Shown here: positions 9,105-18,186 of the stretch, one piece after another
Layout of the letters: each line of letters begins with the position of its first letter
How positions within the stretch are numbered: the first letter of the stretch is position 1
Assembly (NCBI GenBank): GCA_964604735.1
Contig: CAZSBI010000099.1
Span: forward strand, 1-25,829
DNA from: an uncultured Flavobacteriaceae bacterium
Lineage (GTDB): Bacteria > Bacteroidota > Bacteroidia > Flavobacteriales > Flavobacteriaceae
Direction of reading: 5' to 3'
DNA length: 25,829 nucleotides
The notes under the pieces: model-generated
Told to the model about the DNA's origin: nothing
The model's database searches: none
Seen by the model: only the letters and a program-made list of their open reading frames with translations
Position numbers and translations under genes: made by a program

Positions 9105-11153
9105 TTACCAAATTTTCACGCGGTCTTCGGGTTTCATATACATACGGTCTCCTTCTTTAATATCGAAAGCTTTGTAAAACGCATCGACATTTTTGAGGGG
9201 TTGTGTAGCACGTATTTGTCCGGGACTGTGCGGGTCGGTTTTTATTTGTTTTTTAAGTGCTTCGTCTCTTGATTTGGTACGCCAAATAGTTGCCCAAGAA
9301 AGATAAAAGCGTTGTTCGGGAGTAAAACCTTGAATTTTGTCCGGTTTTTTGTGGTCTTTATAATACAATTGCAATGCCGTATAAGCAGCATTAACACCGC
9401 CTAAATCGCCAATATTTTCGCCTGAGGTAAATTCGCCGTTTACAAAAATATTTGGCAGAGGTTCTAATTTGCTATACTGATCGGCAAGTTTTTTGACCAA
9501 AACATTAAATTGCTCAAAATCTTGATTTGTCCACCATTGTTCAAAATTTCCTTCGGCATTAAATTTAGCTCCTTGATCGTCAAATCCGTGCGAAATTTCG
9601 TGTCCGATTACGGCGCCCATTCCTCCGTAATTGACAGCTTCATCGGCTTTGTAATCATAAAAAGGTGCTTGTAAAATAGCAGCAGGAAAAACAATTTCAT
9701 TATAAGAGGGATTGTAGTAGGCATTGACTATTTGCGGTGCCATTCCCCATTCGGTTTTATCGACAGGTTTGTTTAGTTTGGCAATATTTTCTTCAAAATG
9801 CCATTTAGAAACACGCAGGCTGTTATCAAAATACGAACCGCCGTCTTTGATTGCTAAAATTTGCAGTTTGCTATAATCTTTCCATTTGTCAGGATAGCCT
9901 ATTTTAATTTGTAAGGCATTTACTTTTTCAATGGCTTTTTTCTTGGTTTCATCGCTCATCCAAGTTAAATTATTGATGCGTTGTCTGTAAGCTTTTTGCA
10001 AGTAGTTAATCATCTCCTTAGCTTTGGTTTTGGCTTCGGGAGGGAACATTTTGTCAACATACAGTTTGCCTACGGCTTCGCCGATTGACCAATTAACCGT
10101 TGCCAAGGCACGTTCTTCCAAGGGACGACGTTCCTTTAAACCATCGAGTGTTTTGCCGTAAAACTCCCAATTGGCATCAGATATTTCCGGACTTAATTTG
10201 TCGGCTGTACTTCGTAACAAGTGCCAAGTTAAAAAATCTTTGATAATATCAATTTTCTCGTTTTTGTACAACGTATTGAAGGTTTTTAAATAATTGGGTT
10301 GCGTAACAATTACTTTTTCGACATTAAGATGAAAAGCCTTCAAATAATTTTTAAGGTCAAAATCGGGCATAAGATTTGCTAATTGCTCAACCGTCATCGG
10401 ATTGTAAGTATTTTCGGGTTTACGCCTTTCTTCTTTGGTCAATTTTGCTTGTGCCAACTTGGTTTCGAGTGCTAAAATATTATTTTTTGCTTGGGTTATT
10501 TCGGCATCTGTTTTTCCGATAAATTTCAGCATTTTACCGATATGTTCTTGGTATTGCGCTCTGATTTTTTTAGCATCATCAGTATCAGAAACATAGTAAT
10601 CGCGCTCGGGCAGCCCTAGTCCGGAAGGGGATAAGTACAATACATTTTTTGTGCTGTTTTTCATATCGGCGCCAACGCCAATTCCCATAAAAACAGAACT
10701 TAATACCGGTTCTGTTTCAATCATATATTGTGCTACATCTTGTTTGTTTTGTATAGCGTTGATTTTGTCTAAAAAAGGTTTTATCGGCTTAATTCCTTCT
10801 TTTGTTCTTTGTTGTATATCCATTATAGAAGCAAAATAATCGAGTGCCTTACGTTGGTCGCTTCCGGCTTTGTAAGCGGTATTTTTTTGCGCTTCTTTCA
10901 AAATTTTCAGGGTGTTTTTGTCAGTATTTTTGCGCAATTCGTCAAAACTGCCCCAACGTGAACGGTCTGCCGGAATTTTGGTGTTTTTCATCCATTCTCC
11001 ATTTACAAAATTGTAAAAATCGTCTTGTGGTCTGATGCTTTTATCCATAAATTCTAAATTTAATCCTATGGGTTGTTGTTTCTTGTTTGAATGATTTTGT
11101 TGACAACTTGTAAATAAAATCAATATAAGCAATAAGATTGATAAGTTTTTCAT
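9105..11153 (-). CDS. pepO: M13-family zinc metalloendopeptidase (PepO/neprilysin-like), lipoprotein
   Basis: HEXXH (VIGHEISHGFDD), the downstream ENIGDLGG (ExxxD) motif and an NAYY motif. Lipoprotein signal MKNLSILLLILILFTSC. Confidence 0.9.
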   Translation of the reverse strand: MKNLSILLLILILFTSCQQNHSNKKQQPIGLNLEFMDKSIRPQDDFYNFVNGEWMKNTKIPADRSRWGSFDELRKNTDKNTLKILKEAQKNTAYKAGSDQRKALDYFASIMDIQQRTKEGIKPIKPFLDKINAIQNKQDVAQYMIETEPVLSSVFMGIGVGADMKNSTKNVLYLSPSGLGLPERDYYVSDTDDAKKIRAQYQEHIGKMLKFIGKTDAEITQAKNNILALETKLAQAKLTKEERRKPENTYNPMTVEQLANLMPDFDLKNYLKAFHLNVEKVIVTQPNYLKTFNTLYKNEKIDIIKDFLTWHLLRSTADKLSPEISDANWEFYGKTLDGLKERRPLEERALATVNWSIGEAVGKLYVDKMFPPEAKTKAKEMINYLQKAYRQRINNLTWMSDETKKKAIEKVNALQIKIGYPDKWKDYSKLQILAIKDGGSYFDNSLRVSKWHFEENIAKLNKPVDKTEWGMAPQIVNAYYNPSYNEIVFPAAILQAPFYDYKADEAVNYGGMGAVIGHEISHGFDDQGAKFNAEGNFEQWWTNQDFEQFNVLVKKLADQYSKLEPLPNIFVNGEFTSGENIGDLGGVNAAYTALQLYYKDHKKPDKIQGFTPEQRFYLSWATIWRTKSRDEALKKQIKTDPHSPGQIRATQPLKNVDAFYKAFDIKEGDRMYMKPEDRVKIW

Positions 11154-11313
11154 TGGTTTGTTTTTTATCTTCTATACAAATGTAAGCGAAAATAAGGGTT
11201 TTAATGTAAAGCTTTTGTTAAGAATGATGCGAAAAATTATTAAATTTCAAATCATTGGCAATTATTCTGTTTTTAAAGCCGTCAAAAGTCATCAAAAAAC
11301 TTAATTATTTTTT

Positions 11314-11321
11314 TATTTTTG
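11314..11321 (+). promoter_or_regulatory. candidate -7 box (TAnnTTTG) for the DDAH-like gene
   Basis: TATTTTTG lies 21 nt upstream of the ATG at 11342, in the divergent intergenic region shared with pepO. Confidence 0.3.
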
Positions 11322-11341
11322 TTGCACACAAACACAAAGAT

Positions 11342-12262
11342 ATGTCGCTAAAATTTAATATTCAAAACGAAATAAATACTTTACAATCTGTTGTTTTAGG
11401 TAGGGCTGACAGTAACGGACCTGCACCGACACCGGAACAATGTTACGACCCTAAATCTAGAGAACACGCACTGGCGGGTACCTATCCGAAAGAAGCTGAT
11501 ATGATTAAAGAAATGGCTGCTTTTGAAGCTGTTTTAAAAAAGCATAATGTGCGAGTTTATCGCCCCGATTTGCTTGAAAATGTCAATCAGATTTTTACAA
11601 GAGATATTGGTTTCGTAATCGAAGATAAATTTATTAAAGCCAATATTTTGCCGGACAGAGAAGCTGAGTTTCAGGCAATTAACTCAATTTTAGACAATTT
11701 TGATTGTCGTAATGTGGTGCAACCGCCCGAAGAAGTACACGTAGAAGGAGGCGATGTAATGCCTTGGAACGAATATATTTTTGTAGGCACCTATCGCTAT
11801 CCCGATTACCCCGATTATATCACGGCACGCACCAATGCGGCAGCTGTCGATTTCTTGCAACAGACTTTTCCGAATAAAAAAGTAATCGCTTTTGACCTAA
11901 AAAAATCGAATACCGAAGCCAAAGAAAATGCCCTGCACTTAGACTGTGTTTTTCAACCTGTGGGCAAGGGAAAGGCAATTATTCACAGAGAGGGGTTTTT
12001 AGTCGAAGAGCAATATCAATTTTTGGTCGATTTGTTCGGCAAAGAAAATATGTTTCACATCAACAAAGACGAAATGTATAATATGTTTTCCAATGTATTT
12101 TCTATTTCGCCGGAAGTTGTCGTTTCCGAGCAAGGCGCTACGCGTTTAAACAAGTGGCTTCGTGAGCAGGGACTGACCGTTGAAGAAGTGCCTTATGCCG
12201 AAATATCGAAGCAAGAAGGCTTGTTACGCTGTTCTACTTTGCCTTTGCAACGTGAAAAATAG
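11342..12262 (+). CDS. amidinotransferase-superfamily enzyme (dimethylarginine dimethylaminohydrolase / arginine deiminase-like)
   Basis: HLDCVF block and a C-terminal catalytic-Cys motif (GLLRCSTLPL, resembling RCM[ST]xPL of ADI/DDAH). Start set at MSLKFNIQ; the 29 codons upstream contain the promoter box. Confidence 0.65.
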   Translation: MSLKFNIQNEINTLQSVVLGRADSNGPAPTPEQCYDPKSREHALAGTYPKEADMIKEMAAFEAVLKKHNVRVYRPDLLENVNQIFTRDIGFVIEDKFIKANILPDREAEFQAINSILDNFDCRNVVQPPEEVHVEGGDVMPWNEYIFVGTYRYPDYPDYITARTNAAAVDFLQQTFPNKKVIAFDLKKSNTEAKENALHLDCVFQPVGKGKAIIHREGFLVEEQYQFLVDLFGKENMFHINKDEMYNMFSNVFSISPEVVVSEQGATRLNKWLREQGLTVEEVPYAEISKQEGLLRCSTLPLQREK

Positions 12263-12394
12263 TGTCAATTAGAAGCTTTTTTCTGCCAAATAGACTTTAA
12301 TTTAAAAAATTTTGCACTTGATTTAGTTGCAATTATTCATTTTCTATTTTTTATAATCCTTTAAAAGTAGTAACTTTACCAAAAAAATTACACA

Positions 12395-14755
12395 ATGAAA
12401 TTGTTACATTATATATGGGTGATTATCTTGTTTTCCGGACTCGTTTCCTGTCAAGAAACCAAAGAGGTAAAAAAGCCCGATGTTTACGCCATAGTACCGC
12501 AACAAACCACTTATATTTTTCGCATTAACAAAGATAGCATTCTGACTGATAACAAAGTTGTTATGCTCAATAATTTTGTGTCAAAATCAACACAAAAATA
12601 CCTGAATAATCTGCATTATAAAACTCCGTTTATCATCAATGTATTAGAAAATAACACTAAGATAAAAGGTTTTGTTGCCGTAGGCAAAACTGCCGATGTC
12701 GATAGCATTTTTAATGGAAAAAAATACGAATACGAAAACTTTCCGATTTTTGAAGAAATCATAAACAAGCAACATTTTTACGCGACACAAATCGATGGGC
12801 AGACCTTAGTGTCTAATCAGAAATTGTTTATTGAAAATTGTATCCGTCAAAAAAGTGAGCTAAATGAAACAATGCAAAGTGAAATTTTTAAATTGGGCAT
12901 AAACACTTTGGACAACAACGCCGATGTAAATATGATTGTACATTTGCCCAAATTACATAAAGATATTTTTTATGATAATGCCTTAAAAATTACATCAAAA
13001 CAATGGGCAGATTGGGAGTTTTTTGATCTGATTGATGATGACAAACAAGTATATTCGGGTATGAATTTGACAAAAGACAGTCTCAAAAAGTTTATGGCAA
13101 ACTTTGCGGGAGTCGAATCTTTTAAACACAACAGCAAACAATTTGTGCCTTATACCGCTTCCGAAATTATTAGTTTTTCCTTTGCCGATTATGCCGACTT
13201 TTATGATAAATACACTTCGTTTTTTAATAATTCTGAGGCAAATCAAATCAAATTTGACGACAAATTGTTAGGTCTAACAGGCTTGAGTTTTTTTGTAGAA
13301 AATAGCAACAAAGCACTAATACTTTCAACAGAAAATACCGAAGATTTTGTAGGTGATAATCCGATAAAAGAAATGACTTTTGGCGACATAACAGTGTACA
13401 AATGTAATGACGATGAATTGATAAACAATCATTTTTCAAAGTTAATTCCCTCGTTGTCAGTAAATTATTTTTCGGTTATTGACAATTATATTATTTTAGC
13501 CGAAAGTAAATCGTACCTGCAAAAAGTACTCAACGATTATCAAAATCATTCTACTTTGACAAACAATTCCGCTTATCAAAAATTGGTATCCGAATTGCCC
13601 GAAAATTTTAATATGGAAATCATCAATTCCGGAATAAATGTATCAGGGCATCAATATCTCTCAGCGCGCACATACAATAGTGACGACGGCAATATTTTTG
13701 TCAATTTTGTGCTGCAATCAAAGGATAAAAACACACATAATAATTTGATTGAACAATTGCTTTCTTATCAATTTGACGACACGCCAATAAACGAACCGCA
13801 GTTGGTTTATAACCACAAAACCAAGCAAAACAACATTATTTATCAAAATGATAAAAACGAAATAGTTTTGGTCAATATGAAGGCTAAAGTATTGTGGAAA
13901 ACCAAAGTAAAAGGTGAGGTTGTAGGCAAAATTCAACAAGTAGATTTGTTGCGTAATCGCAAATTGCAATATACTTTTGTGACGCCGCATTATTGGTACG
14001 TTATTGACCGTTTAGGGCGAATTGTAGAAGATTTTCCGGATCATTTTATGCAAAAAATAAGCAAAGGAATAAGTGTGTTTGACTATGACAGCAATCGCAA
14101 ATATCGTTTCGGAATTACACAAGGAAACAAGTTTAGATTATACAATAACGAAGCTAAAAAAGTAGAGGGTTTTAAAGTTAAAACAGATGACGATATTCTT
14201 TTTGCACCACAACATTTTCGTATCGGAAGCAAGGATTTTATCGTAATGCAAGATGTAGAAGGAAAATTATACATACTTAATCGACGTGGCGAAACACGTA
14301 TCAAAGTCGATAAAAGTTTTAAAATAACTAACAATAATTGGGGTGTTTATAACAAAAAATTTATCAATATAGACGATGATAATAATATTATTTCAATTGA
14401 TTTAAAAGGCAAAATAAAAAGCGCCAAGATGGACTTAGGTACTCATATTTTAAGCAAAATTAATGATGAAACGCTTAGCGCAGTATCCGGTAACAAGCTG
14501 TTAATCAACAAGAAAGTAATTTCATTAGATCTAGGTGAATATACCCGTCCAATGATTGTTAAAAATCGAAAAGAAATTTATGTCTTTTTGTCAAATCAAG
14601 ACAATCAGAAAATATATGCGTTTGATAAACACGGAAAATCTTTGAAGAATTTTCCAATCATCGGAAAACAAATAATTGATATGAAAATTAATAAATCAGG
14701 AAAATATATTTTGGCTTACGACAATTCCAATAACTTGATTGTCTATAAGTTTTAA
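12395..14755 (+). CDS. large lipoprotein of unknown function (786 aa)
   Basis: Lipoprotein signal MKLLHYIWVIILFSGLVSC. Long uninterrupted ORF with coding-like composition. C-terminal third has repeated beta-rich segments. No family recognised. Confidence 0.6.
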   Translation: MKLLHYIWVIILFSGLVSCQETKEVKKPDVYAIVPQQTTYIFRINKDSILTDNKVVMLNNFVSKSTQKYLNNLHYKTPFIINVLENNTKIKGFVAVGKTADVDSIFNGKKYEYENFPIFEEIINKQHFYATQIDGQTLVSNQKLFIENCIRQKSELNETMQSEIFKLGINTLDNNADVNMIVHLPKLHKDIFYDNALKITSKQWADWEFFDLIDDDKQVYSGMNLTKDSLKKFMANFAGVESFKHNSKQFVPYTASEIISFSFADYADFYDKYTSFFNNSEANQIKFDDKLLGLTGLSFFVENSNKALILSTENTEDFVGDNPIKEMTFGDITVYKCNDDELINNHFSKLIPSLSVNYFSVIDNYIILAESKSYLQKVLNDYQNHSTLTNNSAYQKLVSELPENFNMEIINSGINVSGHQYLSARTYNSDDGNIFVNFVLQSKDKNTHNNLIEQLLSYQFDDTPINEPQLVYNHKTKQNNIIYQNDKNEIVLVNMKAKVLWKTKVKGEVVGKIQQVDLLRNRKLQYTFVTPHYWYVIDRLGRIVEDFPDHFMQKISKGISVFDYDSNRKYRFGITQGNKFRLYNNEAKKVEGFKVKTDDDILFAPQHFRIGSKDFIVMQDVEGKLYILNRRGETRIKVDKSFKITNNNWGVYNKKFINIDDDNNIISIDLKGKIKSAKMDLGTHILSKINDETLSAVSGNKLLINKKVISLDLGEYTRPMIVKNRKEIYVFLSNQDNQKIYAFDKHGKSLKNFPIIGKQIIDMKINKSGKYILAYDNSNNLIVYKF

Positions 14756-14801
14756 TGATGTCGGTATAACAAAATGGTATGATTTGTCACATAGTAGGAA
14801 T

Positions 14802-14809
14802 TAATCTTT
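14802..14809 (+). promoter_or_regulatory. candidate -7 box (TAnnTTTG) for the membrane-protein/GT2 operon
   Basis: TACATTTG lies 30 nt upstream of the ATG at 14840. Confidence 0.3.
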
Positions 14810-14839
14810 TGTACATTTGCAGTCTAAAATAAATAATTA

Positions 14840-15274
14840 ATGATACAATTTACACATTCATATTGGGCCTATTTCGTTTTATTCTTGATGATTTTTACGC
14901 TAATAAGATTTCTGATTTCGCTATTGCGCAAAAAACCATTTTCGTATAATCGCGATTTTCGATTGGCATTATTTACCTTAATTGTGTTTTATATTCAAGT
15001 TGTATTAGGAATATTTAACTATTTCGGCTCGCATTATTTTGAAGGACTCAAAAACGGAAAATTTGCTGAGTATATGAAAGTAGCTCACGACAGACAAGCC
15101 GTAATGGAACACCCTGTTATGATGCTAATTGTCTTAATGTTAATGCATTATGGATTTAATAGAATGAAAAAAAATACCAATTCTGCCAAGCAGCAAATGG
15201 CAATCATTATATTTTACGGCATCGGATTTTTGTTGGTGCTAATTCGTATCCCTTGGCAAACTTGGTTAAATTAA
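14840..15274 (+). CDS. small integral membrane protein (4 predicted TM helices), unknown function
   Basis: Four hydrophobic stretches. Lies 7 nt upstream of the GT2 gene, so probably co-transcribed. Confidence 0.5.
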   Translation: MIQFTHSYWAYFVLFLMIFTLIRFLISLLRKKPFSYNRDFRLALFTLIVFYIQVVLGIFNYFGSHYFEGLKNGKFAEYMKVAHDRQAVMEHPVMMLIVLMLMHYGFNRMKKNTNSAKQQMAIIIFYGIGFLLVLIRIPWQTWLN

Positions 15275-15280
15275 TATTTT

Positions 15281-16180
15281 ATGTTTTTATCGGTAATTAT
15301 TTGCACTTACAATCGCGACCAACACATAGCGCGCGCCCTACAAAGTTTAGTGGCACAAGATTATGATAGAAGCGATTTTGAAATTATCGTTGTCGATAAC
15401 AATTCGACCGATAAAACTCCGGAAATAATAGCCGATTTTAAAGCCAATCACCCCGATTATAATATTGTTTTGAGCAAAGAAACCCGACAAGGATTGTCTT
15501 ACGCACGCAACAAAGGCATTGACTTGGCACGAGGTACTTATCTGTCATATATTGATGACGATGGTATTGCCAAACCCGATTATATTTCGCAAATAAAAAA
15601 ATATACCGAGCAATATCCCGAATATTTTGCCTTAGGCGGAAAGGTATTGCCTACCTACGAAACCAAAGAAGAACCCGCTTGGATGAGTTCGTATATCGAA
15701 CGTATTATTTCGGTTGTCGATTTGGGCGATGAGGTCAAAGAATTACCCAAAATTTATCCGGTAGGTTGCAATATGATTTTTAAGAAAGAAATTTTCGATC
15801 GCGTTGGCGGATTTAATACCGAGTTAAAACTACGTTCCGATGACAAATATATATTTCTGAAAATCAGACAAGAAGGCTACAAAGTCCTGTATCTGCCCAA
15901 AGTCGTCGTTTGGCACTATATAGATGCTTTTCGTACTACTGCCGAATATGTCAAAAAAGTTAGTTTGCTCAATGGCGAAGCCGAATATACCCGAATAAAA
16001 TCGACCGGAAAGAATTACCGTTGGTCAATGATGGCACGCCTTTTCGATTATTTGTTTAAAGTAAGCGCCAGCCTGATTTTATGGTTGCTTTTTGCATTAA
16101 AAGGACAAAATATCAAAGGCAAAATGTTGTTTATCTCACTTTGGAAACAATTTACCGGGTTTGTAAGATCTCCTAAGTAA
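15281..16180 (+). CDS. family 2 glycosyltransferase
   Basis: N-terminus typical of GT-A/GT2: SVIICTYNR, VVDNNSTD and a DDD motif (YIDDDG). Confidence 0.85.
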   Translation: MFLSVIICTYNRDQHIARALQSLVAQDYDRSDFEIIVVDNNSTDKTPEIIADFKANHPDYNIVLSKETRQGLSYARNKGIDLARGTYLSYIDDDGIAKPDYISQIKKYTEQYPEYFALGGKVLPTYETKEEPAWMSSYIERIISVVDLGDEVKELPKIYPVGCNMIFKKEIFDRVGGFNTELKLRSDDKYIFLKIRQEGYKVLYLPKVVVWHYIDAFRTTAEYVKKVSLLNGEAEYTRIKSTGKNYRWSMMARLFDYLFKVSASLILWLLFALKGQNIKGKMLFISLWKQFTGFVRSPK

Positions 16181-16352
16181 GGGGACGCTTGAAGTTGGAA
16201 GTCCGAAGACGGAAGACCGAAGTCCGAAAGAAGGGAAAAGGGACGAGGGAAAAGGTAAAAGTGCGGTTGAAGACCGAAGACGGAAGACCGAAGTCGGAAG
16301 TTCGAAGTAGGTCACTGTCCCGACAAGCCAACAGCCAACAGCCAACAGCCAC
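16181..16352 (+). repeat. GC/purine-rich intergenic repeat element, copy A. Contains GAAGNNN heptad arrays and a CCAACAG x3 microsatellite.
   Basis: Starts directly after the GT2 stop codon. Contains gaagttg gaagtcc gaagacg gaagacc gaagtcc, then gggaaaagggacgagggaaaagg, then six more heptads, then taggtcactgtcccgacaag, then ccaacag x3. It is about 85% identical to the reverse complement of 21797-21916. Confidence 0.85.
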
Positions 16353-16377
16353 TTCTCATTCATATAAAAAAATAACG

Positions 16378-16385
16378 TAAATTTG
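16378..16385 (+). promoter_or_regulatory. candidate -7 box (TAnnTTTG) for the 16402 operon
   Basis: TAAATTTG lies 16 nt upstream of the ATG at 16402, just after the repeat. Confidence 0.3.
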
Positions 16386-16401
16386 GTTTTTAAAAAAATT
16401 T

Positions 16402-17274
16402 ATGCAATTACTACTCGTCATACAAGCATTTTTTGAACAATTCATTCAGAGCGCAGCGACGCTTATCAAAGTATTATTGTTGAGCAAATCGAACGAAAAG
16501 CCGCCGGGGCCAAAACATAACGAATTGGTTATTTTGGGAAATGGTCCATCGTTAAAAGATTTTTTGACTTATCATAGAAAATTCTTAAAAGATAAAGCGA
16601 GTTTGGCAGTCAATCATTTTGCCGATTCAGATGCCTTTGTCGAAATACAACCCGATTATTACTTGATCAATGTTCCCGAATTTTGGACAGATAATGTCGA
16701 TGATGATGTGCGCCAAAGACGCGACAAATTAGTCAAAAATATCATCGAAAAAACACAATGGCAAATGACGCTTTTCTTAGGCGTAGGCGCCAAAAAATCG
16801 AAGCTTTGGCAAGAGATATCTAAGCAAAACAAGCAGATAAATATCTATTATCTCAATCCGACACCCGTTGCCGGATACGCTTGGTTTAGACACTTCTGCT
16901 ACCGAAAACAGTGCGGTATGCCTCGTCCGCACAATGTGCTAATTCCCTCTTTATTGATGAGTATCAATATGCAATTCGGCAAAATATTCATCACCGGTGC
17001 AGACCATAATTGGATGAAAGAATTATTTGTAGCCGATGACAATACGGTTTATCTTACCCAAAAACATTTTTACGATTTGCAAACCGCTCGCCCCGATGTG
17101 ATGAAAAAAACGGGAAAAGGCAAGCGTAAAATGCACGAAATATTGATTAAATTTGTACATAGCTTTGCCGGATATTTCGATATAAACAACTATGCCAAAT
17201 CACAAAACGTCCGGATTATCAATATCACCCCCGACTCGTTTATAGATGCTTTTGAAAGAATGAAATTAGATTAA
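16402..17274 (+). CDS. CstII/MptE-like (DUF115, GT42-like sialyltransferase fold) protein, putative glycosyltransferase
   Basis: VILGNGPSLKDF matches the IIAGNGPSL motif of CstII-type enzymes. A second conserved block, IFITGADHNW, corresponds to the LSGIDFY region. Confidence 0.5.
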   Translation: MQLLLVIQAFFEQFIQSAATLIKVLLLSKSNEKPPGPKHNELVILGNGPSLKDFLTYHRKFLKDKASLAVNHFADSDAFVEIQPDYYLINVPEFWTDNVDDDVRQRRDKLVKNIIEKTQWQMTLFLGVGAKKSKLWQEISKQNKQINIYYLNPTPVAGYAWFRHFCYRKQCGMPRPHNVLIPSLLMSINMQFGKIFITGADHNWMKELFVADDNTVYLTQKHFYDLQTARPDVMKKTGKGKRKMHEILIKFVHSFAGYFDINNYAKSQNVRIINITPDSFIDAFERMKLD

Positions 17275-17284
17275 TTTTGTATAT

Positions 17285-17560
17285 TTGCTTATGCACAAAG
17301 TCGAAAACATACAAGAACATAAACATCTTTTTTGGGATACAAATATTGATAATATTGACCTTGAAAAGCATTCAAGATTTATTATTGAACGCGTGGTAAT
17401 GCGTGGAAATATCTCCGATTGGAAATGGATGCGACAGATTTACAGTAAAGAAATAATTAGCCGAAAAATAGTTGAAATAAGATATTTAGACCAAAAAACA
17501 TTATCATTTCTAAGTGTTATTTATAAAATTCCGAAAGAACAATTCAGATGCTATTCTTAG
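17285..17560 (+). CDS. small conserved partner protein of the AbiEii-family NTase (putative antitoxin-like component)
   Basis: 91-aa ORF (FWDTNIDNIDLEKHSRFIIERV...IPKEQF). Its 3' end overlaps the start of the downstream NTase gene by 13 nt, suggesting translational coupling. It resembles the short proteins commonly found upstream of AbiEii-like genes in Bacteroidota. Confidence 0.5.
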   Translation: MLMHKVENIQEHKHLFWDTNIDNIDLEKHSRFIIERVVMRGNISDWKWMRQIYSKEIISRKIVEIRYLDQKTLSFLSVIYKIPKEQFRCYS

Positions 17561-18186
17561 AAACTATACATAGAGACACATTCAATTTACTTCAAAAAAT
17601 CTCACAAATTGAAGCATTTGATAATTTTGCATTAGCCGGTGGTACTGCATTAGCTTTGCAGTTGGGCCATCGTATTTCCATAGACTTAGATTTTTTTACA
17701 CAAGAAGAATTTGATTCTGAAAATTTAAAATTATTGATTGAAAACCATTTTGAAGCTATAAATTTTGCAACAGACAAAAATAGTTTGTCAGCTTATATTA
17801 AACACGAGTCTGCTACTGTAAAAGTTGATTTTATTAGACATAACTATCCGGCATTTCACAAAATAATTAATAAGGATAATATTAGAATGTATGCCTTAGA
17901 AGAAATTGTTGCAATGAAACTTAATGCTATAAAAAATAGAGGGGCTAAAAAAGATTTTTACGATATTTATGAAATATTACAGCATTATTCCGTAGCAACA
18001 ATAATCGAATGGTATCTTCAAAAATATCAAAACTTAAATTTATTAATGTTACTAAAAAGTTTGACATATTTTGTAGATGCAGATAATGAACCAAATCCAA
18101 TTAGTTTAAGAAATATTTCTTGGGATGTTATAAAAAAACAGATTTCAATAAAAACAGAAAATTATATAGATGCACAAACTAAATAA
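17548..18186 (+). CDS. nucleotidyltransferase, AbiEii/AbiGii toxin family (DUF1814), minimal 212-aa form
   Basis: N-terminal NTase signature AGGTALALQLGHRISIDLDFF (GGTAL...R.S.DLD). Confidence 0.7.
   Translation: MLFLETIHRDTFNLLQKISQIEAFDNFALAGGTALALQLGHRISIDLDFFTQEEFDSENLKLLIENHFEAINFATDKNSLSAYIKHESATVKVDFIRHNYPAFHKIINKDNIRMYALEEIVAMKLNAIKNRGAKKDFYDIYEILQHYSVATIIEWYLQKYQNLNLLMLLKSLTYFVDADNEPNPISLRNISWDVIKKQISIKTENYIDAQTK

Noticed and set aside
11255-11341. Longer start for the DDAH-like gene (MAIILFLKPSKVIKK...)
   Set aside because: The extension spans an AT-rich promoter region containing TATTTTTG. MSLKFNIQ at 11342 aligns with the start of the conserved domain.
16181-16352. Possible CRISPR-like array because of short direct repeats
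   Set aside because: Units are 7 bp with no spacers of 25-40 bp. A second inverted copy exists. This is a microsatellite-like structure, not a CRISPR.
16136-16363. 75-aa minus-strand ORF, and the related plus-strand ORFs 21711-21995 and 21656-22078, sharing LLAVG.WL.GTVTYF.LPTS
   Set aside because: The apparent protein homology is just the DNA inverted repeat translated. They overlap real genes (GT2 and the TonB receptor) and the repeat.
16189-16380. K/R/E-rich 63-aa ORF (MKLEVRRRKTEVRKKGKG...)
   Set aside because: It lies entirely within repeat copy A. Its composition is an artefact of translating 7-bp-periodic GAAGNNN and CCAACAG arrays.
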